Shown here: in pieces, positions 9,106 through 17,242 of the stretch
Layout: every line of letters starts with the position of its first letter
Position numbering within the stretch: the stretch's first letter is position 1
Assembly: GCA_040752695.1 (NCBI GenBank)
Contig: JBFMGO010000062.1
Coordinates: 1 to 33,600 of the forward strand
DNA: 33,600 nucleotides
Direction: 5' to 3'
Origin: a bacterium
Lineage (GTDB): Bacteria > SZUA-182 > DTGQ01
Notes under the pieces: model-generated
Database searches by the model: none
Told to the model about the DNA's origin: nothing
Seen by the model: the letters and a program-made list of their open reading frames with translations, nothing else
Position numbers and translations under genes: made by a program

Positions 9106-10131
9106 ATGGATACAGGGATTATCAAAAAGACAAACGTAAAGGCTGTGATCGAGGGCCTGATGCAGATGGGTGAGGTTATTGCTCCAATCAGGAAGGAGGA
9201 TTACTATGCCTTCTCCCCCCTGTCCTCTGCCGGGGCTGCATGCCTTGATTACACCAACAGCAAACTCAGCCCCAAAAGCTGTTTCTTTCCCCAGACCGAG
9301 GTGCTCTTTTACTACGAAAAAAATGGCCATCAGACCTTCGATCAGCCAGATGAGGAGAGCAGGCCGGGCTATCTATTGGGGATCCGGCCCTGTGATGCCA
9401 GAGCACTGGCACTTTTGGACCCCATTTTCGACGAGCAGCGCTATCAGGACGTTTATTACCTGAAGAAGCGCCGCAACAAGGTAGTGATCGGCCTGGCCTG
9501 TAACGGGCTCCGGAACACCTGCTTTTGCACCTCCACCTGTGGAAGCCCTGTGGGAACCGAAGGAATGGACATGCTCTGGCAGGACCTCGGAGACCGGTAC
9601 CTGGTCAAACCGATAACGGACCGCGGCAGGGAACTGCTGACGAAGATTCCCCCCTCCTTAGGAGAACAGGCAGGGGAGAAAGATCTTGCAAAAGGCAGAG
9701 AGCTTGAGCAGGAGTTCCTCAAAGAGAACACCCCTTGTTTTGACCCGGACCAGATTGCAGACAAGCTGTCATCATCCTTCGATGACCCGGCCTGGCAGAC
9801 GCTCCATGAGAAATGCATCGGCTGTGCTACCTGTGCTTACGTCTGCCCCACCTGCCACTGCTTCGACATCCAGGATGAAAACAAGGCAAGCAAAGGCAGA
9901 CGGGTGAGGTTATGGGATTCCTGCCAGTTATGCCTGTTTACGCTCCATACCTCTGGCCATAATCCCCGGCCTTCGGGCAAAGAGCGCCTGAGGCAAAGAG
10001 TCATGCACAAGTTCAATTACTTTAAAGCTAACAACGGACAGATCGCCTGTGTCGGCTGTGGCAGATGCATCAAGGAGTGTCCGGTCAATGTGGATATCAG
10101 GCAAATCATATCGGCTTTCAGTTTGAGGTAA
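9106..10131 (+). CDS. flxB: FlxB-like (AsrA/HydB family) iron-sulfur subunit
   Basis: GIRPCD, TCFCTS, CIGCATCAYVCPTCHCF, RVRLWDSC, RLRQRVMHKF, CVGCGRCIKECP. Confidence 0.85.
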   Translation: MDTGIIKKTNVKAVIEGLMQMGEVIAPIRKEDYYAFSPLSSAGAACLDYTNSKLSPKSCFFPQTEVLFYYEKNGHQTFDQPDEESRPGYLLGIRPCDARALALLDPIFDEQRYQDVYYLKKRRNKVVIGLACNGLRNTCFCTSTCGSPVGTEGMDMLWQDLGDRYLVKPITDRGRELLTKIPPSLGEQAGEKDLAKGRELEQEFLKENTPCFDPDQIADKLSSSFDDPAWQTLHEKCIGCATCAYVCPTCHCFDIQDENKASKGRRVRLWDSCQLCLFTLHTSGHNPRPSGKERLRQRVMHKFNYFKANNGQIACVGCGRCIKECPVNVDIRQIISAFSLR

Positions 10132-10136
10132 AAAGC

Positions 10137-10970
10137 ATGGAGAATCCTTATCTGCCAAAGAGTGTTAAGATTGAAAAGATAATCGATGAAACCGTAGGGA
10201 AGGATATCAAGAGTTTTGTCCTCTCTTTCATTAACCCCCAGGACCGGAAGGCATTTGACTATCACCCAGGTCAATTCGCCGAAATTTCCGTCGCCGGAGC
10301 GGGGGAAATCCCCATTGGCATCGCTTCTTCGCCAACCGAAGGTGATCAGGTGATGTTTACGGTTAAAAGGATGGGAGTGGTGACCAAAGATCTTCATAAT
10401 TCCTCCCCCGGACGGATCATCGGCCTGCGGGGGCCGTACGGCAACGGGTTCCCCATGGAGGAACTGAAGGGAAAGCATATCTTCATCGTGGGAGGCGGAT
10501 TCGCCTTTACTACCCTGCGCGCTCTGGCCGTCTACCTGATGGGAGACAGAAAAGAGTATGGCGATATCACCATCGTTTATGGAGCGAGAACTCCCGGCGA
10601 CCTTATTTACCGGGAAGAATTGCAGGACTGGGCCAGCCGGAAAGATTTGAATGTCAATATTACGGTGGATAGAGGCGACGCCAACTGGAAGGGAAGAGAA
10701 GGGTTTGTCCCGGCAGTGGTCAAGCAGGTTGCCCCCAGCGCCAAAGATGCCATAGCCTTGGTCTGCGGTCCTCCGATCATGATTAAATTCACCATTCCTG
10801 TTCTCTTTGAGCTTGGCTTTGCAGCGGACAAGATCCTGAACTCCCTGGAGATGAGAATGAAATGCGGATTCGGCAAGTGCGGCCGATGCAATATTGGCAG
10901 CAAGTACGTCTGCAAGGACGGGCCGGTCTTTACCTATGCGGAATTGCAGACCATGCCTCAGGAGTATTGA
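10137..10970 (+). CDS. flxA: FlxA-like (AsrB/PyrK/NfnA family) FAD/NAD(H)-binding [2Fe-2S] subunit
   Basis: PGQF, GEIPIGIASSP, RGPYGNGF, GGGFAF, YGARTP, VCGPPIM, SLEMRMKCGFGKCGRCNIG...VCKDGPVF. Confidence 0.88.
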   Translation: MENPYLPKSVKIEKIIDETVGKDIKSFVLSFINPQDRKAFDYHPGQFAEISVAGAGEIPIGIASSPTEGDQVMFTVKRMGVVTKDLHNSSPGRIIGLRGPYGNGFPMEELKGKHIFIVGGGFAFTTLRALAVYLMGDRKEYGDITIVYGARTPGDLIYREELQDWASRKDLNVNITVDRGDANWKGREGFVPAVVKQVAPSAKDAIALVCGPPIMIKFTIPVLFELGFAADKILNSLEMRMKCGFGKCGRCNIGSKYVCKDGPVFTYAELQTMPQEY

Positions 10971-10992
10971 GGGGTTACTGAGCCGGGCACGA

Positions 10993-11080
10993 CTGTCATT
11001 CCGATGGCTATCGTGGCGATGGTTATCGTTTCGATGGCTGTCATTTCGACATCTGTTACCGAAAGCTGTCATTTTGGAAG
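10993..11080. repeat. degenerate 15-bp tandem repeat (CTGTCATTTCGATGG-like), about 6 copies
   Basis: ctgtcattccgatgg / ctatcgtggcgatgg / ttatcgtttcgatgg / ctgtcatttcgacat / ctgttaccgaaag / ctgtcattttggaag. Confidence 0.7.
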
Positions 11081-11489
11081 GTATGTTTTGGAAAGTATGT
11101 GAGGAATCCTATCCTCCTTGCCTTGCCCATAAATATATACACATGGAGGCAAGGTGAGGAGGGATTTTTTTCCGCTGCTGTGGGATTTACAGGGTTTCTC
11201 AAGCTTCCCCCAGGCTCTTTTCAGGTGGCTTTTGAGGGCGATGGCTCACCGGAATGACAAGTTTGCGGGCTTTTTCGCGAGTGTGTGCCTTGTCTTAGTC
11301 CATACGAAGATTTATACTTATAAGTGGTACGCATTATACATGTTATATACATGTAATTTGCGCTAATATTGTACGATAAATGTATAATATTGTGCTATAT
11401 TATATTATGCTGATGTAGACTAGGGTAAATGAGGGATGCATTATCATTTATAATCCCGATCTGAAAATAGAGGGGAGAATATTTTTAAC

Positions 11490-11732
11490 ATGAGTGAGGG
11501 TCAGGGGAAGAGGATTTGCCCAGTTTGTAAGGGGGAAATGAAAAAAACCAGCGTCAATTTTCCCGTTGATTTAAGGACCCATTTTATTCTGATCAAGGGA
11601 GTTCCCGCTCGTGTTTGTAAGCAGTGTGGCGAGTTTTATATTAATGATAAAATCCATAAACAGATTGAACGCATTGTAAAAAAAGTCGAAGAAACTACTC
11701 TCGAGCTGGAATCCATAAAATTTGCAACGTGA
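11490..11732 (+). CDS. YgiT-type zinc finger protein (MqsA-like antitoxin, orphan)
   Basis: CPVCKGEM...IKGVPARVCKQCGEFY; 80 aa. Confidence 0.85.
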   Translation: MSEGQGKRICPVCKGEMKKTSVNFPVDLRTHFILIKGVPARVCKQCGEFYINDKIHKQIERIVKKVEETTLELESIKFAT

Positions 11733-11797
11733 AGGAGAGACAGTATATCTCCTGCGGATGTCGCATGAAATGCAGGTATGAAAATAAAAAAGGGTAG

Positions 11798-12049
11798 ATG
11801 GAAATGATTGAGCTGGAATACTCCCTAATAATCGAGGCTACCAAGGAGCCTGATTTTTTTGGATCTTACTCTCCGGACTTAGAAGGGTTTACAGGTATAG
11901 GAAATTCTATTGAGGATTGTATTTACAAAGCTAAATGGGGAATGAGAGAACATGTAAATTTATTGAAAGAACAGGGGCTGCCAATTCCTCGAAAGAACCC
12001 CAATCCGAAAATTGTTATCCAAAACGAACAAGAGCTGGCGGCCAAGTGA
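11798..12049 (+). CDS. hicB: HicB family antitoxin (short form, no hicA adjacent)
   Basis: YSLIIE...YSPDLEGFTGIGNSIEDCI...LKEQGLPIP. Confidence 0.8.
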   Translation: MEMIELEYSLIIEATKEPDFFGSYSPDLEGFTGIGNSIEDCIYKAKWGMREHVNLLKEQGLPIPRKNPNPKIVIQNEQELAAK

Positions 12050-12133
12050 ATATTACTAAGTGGGTATTATTGCAGTGATATAGTAGTATGGTAATGTTTT
12101 TAGAAAACAAAGAAGAAAGGATAGTTGTACACC

Positions 12134-12892
12134 ATGAGTTATACAATTGCCGTAGCCGGGAAAGGCGGAACTGGAAAGACGACCTTGTGCGGTCTGATGA
12201 TCCGCTATTTCGTAACCAGGGGCCAGTCTCCGGTCCTGGCTGTTGATGCCGATGCCAATGCCAATCTTCACGAGGTTCTGGGAATAGAAAAGGGAGAATC
12301 AGTAGGCCAGCTTCGGGAAAAAGCCATGGATGAGGTCAAGGGGCTTCCGGTTGGAGTGACCAAGGAGCAGTATATCGAGCAGAGAATTCACGAGACCCTG
12401 GTAGAGGGGAAGGGGTATGATTTAATATCCATGGGCAGGCCCGAAGGCCCGGGCTGCTACTGTTATGCCAATCATCTGATCCGCAAGTACAGTGAGAAGA
12501 TAAGCCAGAGCTACCGGTATGTGATTATGGATAACGAAGCAGGACTCGAGCATTTGAGCAGGAGAACAACCCAGGATGTCGATGCCCTGGTCATTACCAC
12601 GGATGAAAGCCTGCGCGGCCTTCGGACGGTACAGCGGGTTTTGGATATTATCGAGGAATTGCAGCTTGCGATAAAGAAAAAGTTCATCCTGGTAAACCGC
12701 TCTGTCAGCGGGCTGACCGACGACTTCAATACGCAGATCGCCGGAATGAAAGCCCGATTTTTAGGTACGGTCCCATCTGATGAGATGATCGCCCGGTTTG
12801 ATCTCGAAGGCAAACCTCTCGTTACCCTGCCGGACGATTCCCTGGCTGTTCGAAGGGTATCGGAAATAATGGGGGAACTGGTGGGGGATTAA
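12134..12892 (+). CDS. cooC: CooC/AcsF nickel-insertion ATPase for CODH/ACS
   Basis: AGKGGTGKTT, AVDADANANL, GPGCYC nickel motif, DNEAGLEHLSR. Confidence 0.92.
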   Translation: MSYTIAVAGKGGTGKTTLCGLMIRYFVTRGQSPVLAVDADANANLHEVLGIEKGESVGQLREKAMDEVKGLPVGVTKEQYIEQRIHETLVEGKGYDLISMGRPEGPGCYCYANHLIRKYSEKISQSYRYVIMDNEAGLEHLSRRTTQDVDALVITTDESLRGLRTVQRVLDIIEELQLAIKKKFILVNRSVSGLTDDFNTQIAGMKARFLGTVPSDEMIARFDLEGKPLVTLPDDSLAVRRVSEIMGELVGD

Positions 12893-12900
12893 AATGTTCC

Positions 12901-13116
12901 ATGGAGAAAGTTGGTAAAATGCTGACAGAGGCAGATCGCAAAATCGCGAGTGAATTCCATCGCCGTCTTGCTGCGGTAGTACCGGTGTTCGACATGGTCG
13001 TTTTCGGCGCGCTGGCAAGAGGTGACGCTTCGGTAGAGTCAGACACGGATGTGTTTATCCTGATGGAAACTTTTACGTCTGATATACATCAGCGTATCCA
13101 CGAAAAAGATAGGTAA
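12901..13116 (+). pseudogene. truncated minimal nucleotidyltransferase (MNT)
   Basis: VFGALARGDASVESDTDVFI is a degenerate FGSxARG...SDxD motif. The ORF ends after about 70 aa and no HEPN partner follows. Confidence 0.65.
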
Positions 13117-13121
13117 TAACA

Positions 13122-13448
13122 ATGATATTACAAGCTAATGGAAAGATCTCTTCAACAGCAAAAAAAGATAGCTCTAGGATATATGCTGAAATCAGAATTG
13201 ATAAAGGCAAATATCCTAATTTCCCTCATAATAAGGAGGGCGAATTGCCTGTTTGTTTATTCATAGGCCAAGCTAGGCATCAAACTGTTATACGGGAACG
13301 TAATAAGGTTAAACGTTATTGGATATCGCAGAAAGAGGGATTGTGGGAATTATTAGAAAAACACGGATATTCTCTTAATGATGACATTTTATTGGATATC
13401 GAGACAGATGAAAATCCGATTATGATCAAAATCGGAACCAAAAAATGA
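13122..13448 (+). CDS. hypothetical protein (AT-rich)
   Basis: 108-aa ORF with an AGGT RBS-like site and no recognisable motif. Confidence 0.5.
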   Translation: MILQANGKISSTAKKDSSRIYAEIRIDKGKYPNFPHNKEGELPVCLFIGQARHQTVIRERNKVKRYWISQKEGLWELLEKHGYSLNDDILLDIETDENPIMIKIGTKK

Positions 13449-13537
13449 GAAGAAAAAATATACAAAACGATTCTACCTATCGAATCATTTTTTCTGAAAA
13501 AATAAAAAAACTATAAATAACCTAGAGGCAATTTTAG

Positions 13538-13750
13538 TGGTCCTCTCGCTAAGTAAGTAACATGGATAAGCCTATAAGTGTAGGTATTCTGGAAAACGGC
13601 CTTGATCACGTCATTCCCGCGGAGGCTTAGAATCCAGAAGCCCTTGAAATGCTGGATTCCCGCTTTCGCGGGAATGACACAGAGGATCGCGCTGATTGAT
13701 TCTCCATCTGGCCGCGTGTTTAATGTGTCACATATTTAGCGATAGGACCA
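13538..13750. mobile_element. MITE-like element, 213 bp, with 25-bp imperfect terminal inverted repeats
   Basis: Left arm 13538-13562 tggtcctctcgctaagtaagtaaca versus the reverse complement of 13726-13750 tggtcctatcgctaaatatgtgaca (21/25 identical). No ORF inside. Confidence 0.65.
13610..13678. repeat. GTCATTCCCGC...GCGGGAATGAC palindromic repeat (dRS3/REP-like)
   Basis: gtcattcccgcggaggcttagaatccag...ctggattcccgctttcgcgggaatgac. The right half has the ATTCCC-N8-GGGAAT core. Confidence 0.8.
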
Positions 13751-13788
13751 TTTAGAAAAAGCAAGAAAAGTACACACTCATAAAGAAG

Positions 13789-14115
13789 ATGGTTTTGATG
13801 TTGCAGAATAACCAGATCTTGAAAGAATTTAAAGCAGGAGTTGAAAAACTTTACGGCGAGAGGCTGAAAGGTGTCATTCTTTATGGTTCCTGGGCAAGGA
13901 ATGAAGCTACGGAAGATTCTGATATTGATCTGCTTGTCATCCTTGAAGGATGCGTACGACCAGGAAGAGAAATAGATCGAATGATAGATATTATCACAGA
14001 TCTGAATCTCGAATATATGGTATTGATATCAGTTTATCCGGTATCAGAAGAAGATTATCTTACCTTGAAAAGCCCATTATTGATGAACATCCGAAAAGAG
14101 GGCTTGCCGGTATGA
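13789..14115 (+). CDS. minimal nucleotidyltransferase (MntA-like antitoxin)
   Basis: ILYGSWARNEATEDSDIDLLVI; ATGA overlap with the HEPN gene. Confidence 0.88.
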   Translation: MVLMLQNNQILKEFKAGVEKLYGERLKGVILYGSWARNEATEDSDIDLLVILEGCVRPGREIDRMIDIITDLNLEYMVLISVYPVSEEDYLTLKSPLLMNIRKEGLPV

Positions 14116-14498
14116 AAGAGGTGAAATCCCTCATTGAGAGAGCAAAAAAATACCTTAAGAGCTCCAAGATGCTTATTGAAGAAGAAGACTATGAATCCTC
14201 AGTGTCCAGGGCTTATTATGCAATGTTTTATTCTGTTGAATCGCTGTTATTAACAAAGAACCTGTCGTTTTCATCTCACAGAGGTGTAATTTCAGCATTT
14301 GGCGAGCACTTTATCAAAGCTGGAATTTTTCCAAGAGAGATGGGCAGAGAACTCAATAGAGCATTTGAGAAAAGACAAATAGGAGATTACCAATTCAATT
14401 TCGTTATATCTGAAGAAGAAGCTAATGAGATACTTGAAAAAAGTAGAGATTTTGTAGAAAAGGTAATCTATTACCTCGTAGAGAATGAATTTTTATAA
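14112..14498 (+). CDS. HEPN domain protein (toxin partner of MNT)
   Basis: SVSRAYYAMFY, SSHRGVISAFG, FEKRQIGDY. True start is ATG 14112, coupled to the MNT stop. Confidence 0.88.
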   Translation: MKEVKSLIERAKKYLKSSKMLIEEEDYESSVSRAYYAMFYSVESLLLTKNLSFSSHRGVISAFGEHFIKAGIFPREMGRELNRAFEKRQIGDYQFNFVISEEEANEILEKSRDFVEKVIYYLVENEFL

Positions 14499-14590
14499 AA
14501 GGAAGTTCCTTAAAAAATGGGACCAGCTACAAGAAACGGCAAAGCCACTCATGGTTACCTTCAAGGTAAAGGTAGCGGAAAGAGCTTGAC

Positions 14591-14926
14591 ATGCAACCTG
14601 ACAGACCTGACTCTCGCTTCACCGATTCCATAGACCTGCTCGTGCAGCAGATTGTCGAGGCTGTTCACCCTCTGAGGATCATTCTTTTTGGCTCAGCCGC
14701 CCGTGGCCAGATGCATCCTGAGAGTGACATTGATCTATTGGTAGTGATGCCGGAAGGTGTTCACCGCCGAAGGACGGCTCAATTCCTTTACCGGCAGATA
14801 AAGAGTTTGAAAGTTTCCTTCGATATCCTGGTAGCTACACCCGGTGACCTTGAGCGGCATAAAGATAATATCGGGTTGATTTACCGGGTTATTTTACAGG
14901 AAGGGAAGGAGGTATATGCAGCCTGA
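14591..14926 (+). CDS. minimal nucleotidyltransferase (second MNT)
   Basis: PLRIILFGSAARGQMHPESDIDLLVVM...ILQEGKEVYAA. Confidence 0.85.
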   Translation: MQPDRPDSRFTDSIDLLVQQIVEAVHPLRIILFGSAARGQMHPESDIDLLVVMPEGVHRRRTAQFLYRQIKSLKVSFDILVATPGDLERHKDNIGLIYRVILQEGKEVYAA

Positions 14927-15315
14927 GGGCTGGCTTTTGAGGAAGTCCTGCTGATTGGCTGCGCTATGCTCAGAGCGACCTTGTGCTGGCCCGTGCGTGA
15001 GTCGAGCACCCGGAGTCTTGCTCGAAGAGCTTTGCTTTCACGCTCATCAGGCGGCAGAAGAAGGCGTTCAAAGCGGTATTAGTGGCTAAGGGGATCCCTT
15101 CCCCAGGGACTCACAATATCGGAATGTTGCTTGACTTATTGCCATAAGATCTTATCCTCCCGCAGAAGGTAGAGGATGCAGCGGGTCTTACAGGCTATTA
15201 TGCTGTCATGTGCCGCTATCCGGCTAATGTTGAGCCTATTGCCGAGGGAGGGTATCAGGAAGCGATGCGGATGGCGGCAGCCGTTGTCCAGTGGGCGGAA
15301 AACGTTATCCTGTAG
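14916..15315 (+). pseudogene. HEPN domain pseudogene (several frameshifts and stops)
   Basis: Pieces in different frames: SPADWLRYAQSDLVLARA*, GVLLEELCFHAHQAAE, KAFKAVL...PRTHNIGMLLDLLP*, YAVMCRYP...AVVQWAENVIL*. Confidence 0.8.
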
Positions 15316-15376
15316 GATACAAAAGTTCCAAACGTGATTTAACAGGCACTCTTAAAGAAAAAAGGAGGAAAAAAGC

Positions 15377-16162
15377 ATGCTGGTTATAGGGGAAAGAATT
15401 AATGTAAGGACAAAACTCTTCGCTGAGGCCTTTAAGGAAAAAAATTTCGAGCCGATAGAGGATATGGCCATCAAGCAGGTCAAGGCGGGTGCCAATATGC
15501 TGGACATCAATATCGGCCCGGCCAGAAAGAATGGGACAGAGCTGATGCCCTGGCTGGTGGAAAACATCCAGAAAGTGGTGGATGTGCCCCTGGCTCTCGA
15601 TACGAGCAATATCGAGGCTATCGAGGCAGGGCTAAAGGTCCACAAGGGGAAGGCTCTGATCAACTCTACTTCTGCTGACCCTGAGCGGCTGGCGCTTCTC
15701 ATGCCTCTTACGGCCAAGTATAACGCCATGATTATCGGTCTGACCCTGGCTACCGGCGGATTGCCCCGCGATGCCAACGAGCGGTGCGCTCTGGCTGCCG
15801 AAATTATGGCTTCTGCAGCAGAGCATGGCGTCCCCATGGAAGATATTTATCTTGATCCGATCATGGTTCCCATCAATGGCCAGCAGGAGCAGATAAAAGA
15901 GATCCTTGAGGCCATCAAGATGTTCAGGGAAATGAACGATCCTCCGATGAACAGCCTGATCGGGTTGAGCAATATTTCCAACAGCGCCCCTGAAGAAATG
16001 CGCAGTCTGATCAATCATACGTTCTTGACCATGGCTATTACCGTGGGTTTAACCGGAGCTATCGTCGACACCCTGGACCCTGGAATTATCAATGCCGTGA
16101 AGACAACCTCAGTGATTTTGAACCAGAGTCTGTATTGTCATTCATATTTAGAAACCTGCTAA
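15377..16162 (+). CDS. acsE: methyltetrahydrofolate:corrinoid Fe-S protein methyltransferase
   Basis: MLVIGERIN, LDINIG, PLALDTSN, ALINST, IYLDP, IGLSNISN pterin-binding barrel; acs cluster context. Confidence 0.92.
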   Translation: MLVIGERINVRTKLFAEAFKEKNFEPIEDMAIKQVKAGANMLDINIGPARKNGTELMPWLVENIQKVVDVPLALDTSNIEAIEAGLKVHKGKALINSTSADPERLALLMPLTAKYNAMIIGLTLATGGLPRDANERCALAAEIMASAAEHGVPMEDIYLDPIMVPINGQQEQIKEILEAIKMFREMNDPPMNSLIGLSNISNSAPEEMRSLINHTFLTMAITVGLTGAIVDTLDPGIINAVKTTSVILNQSLYCHSYLETC

Positions 16163-16225
16163 ATGCTAACAAAAGAGTGCCGTACTTTAGAGGCATACGA
16201 TGTGCGGCAGCTAAAGGAGAATGTT

Positions 16226-17161
16226 ATGGCCTTTACTGTGCCTAAAGAAGTATACAACGGAAAAATCAACCAGGTGGAAGTTGGGAAGGACCAACAAGTG
16301 ATCTTCGGAGGAGAGGAGGTTCTTCCTTTCCTTTCTTTTGAAGGGAAGGCTGTTTCGAATGTGCCTCTGGCCCTTGAGATCCAGGACATCGATCCGGGTG
16401 ACTGGGCTCCGTCATTGACTGACATTTACGGACCCGTCATGGGGAATCCGGCAGAGTGGGCCAAACTGTGTCAGGATGAGTTCAAGGCAGACATGATTTG
16501 CCTACGTCTGACCGGCACGCATCCGGACAATGGCGACAAGTCCCCTGAAGAGGCGGGCAAGGTAGTGGAAGCGGTACTTTCGGCCATCAAGGTTCCTTTG
16601 ATTATTTTCGGGAGCAACCATACGGAAAAGGATGCGGCGGTGATCAAGCATGTGGCCGAAGTGGCAGCCAATACCGGTTCGATTATCGGCAAGGCTCAGG
16701 AAAAGAATTACAAAACCTTTGCTGCCGTGGCTACGGCTTACAATCACAAACTGGTGGCACTGTCCGATCTTGATATCAATCTTTCCAAGCAACTGAATAT
16801 TCTGCTGACCCAGAGCGGTTTCGATGGTAAGAACATCATTATCGATGCCATGTCCAGTACACTTGGTTACGGACTGGAATATACCTATTCGGTAATGGAG
16901 AGGATCAGACTGTCTGCTTTGCAGCAAAATGATGCCATGATGCAGATGCCCATGATCAGTGACGTCGGTGAGGTAACCTGGAAGATTAAAGAGGCGAAGG
17001 CAACCGAAGAAGAGCAGCCTGGCTGGGGAGCGGTCGAGCCAAGGGGAATCCTCTGGGAATCTCTCGCTGCTTTGAGCTTCCTTATGGCTGGTGGAAACCT
17101 GGTCGTTTTGCGTCATCCCAAGGCATTGGCGACGATCCGCAAGACTGTGGCGGAATTTTGA
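16226..17161 (+). CDS. acsD: corrinoid iron-sulfur protein small subunit
   Basis: GGEEVLPFLSFEG, DINLSKQLN, LGYGLEYTYSVMERIRL, LRHP. Start at ATG 16226 after AAGGAG. Confidence 0.93.
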   Translation: MAFTVPKEVYNGKINQVEVGKDQQVIFGGEEVLPFLSFEGKAVSNVPLALEIQDIDPGDWAPSLTDIYGPVMGNPAEWAKLCQDEFKADMICLRLTGTHPDNGDKSPEEAGKVVEAVLSAIKVPLIIFGSNHTEKDAAVIKHVAEVAANTGSIIGKAQEKNYKTFAAVATAYNHKLVALSDLDINLSKQLNILLTQSGFDGKNIIIDAMSSTLGYGLEYTYSVMERIRLSALQQNDAMMQMPMISDVGEVTWKIKEAKATEEEQPGWGAVEPRGILWESLAALSFLMAGGNLVVLRHPKALATIRKTVAEF

Positions 17162-17242
17162 TCGATGGTGAAAAATCCCCTACGGGTCACGAGCGCAATG
17201 AACGGCCCAGGGTTGTAAAGAGAAAGAAAGGAGACTAAGATA

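Noticed and set aside
10017..11072. 351-aa minus-strand ORF with RNDSH repeats
   Set aside because: Antisense to flxA; the repeats are just the translation of the 15-bp intergenic array.
13950..14111. 54-aa N-terminal extension on the HEPN protein
   Set aside because: It overlaps the MNT gene out of frame; ATG 14112 gives typical translational coupling.
14916..15315. Programmed frameshift or readthrough producing a full HEPN protein
   Set aside because: It would need several independent frameshifts plus stop suppression; simple decay is more plausible.
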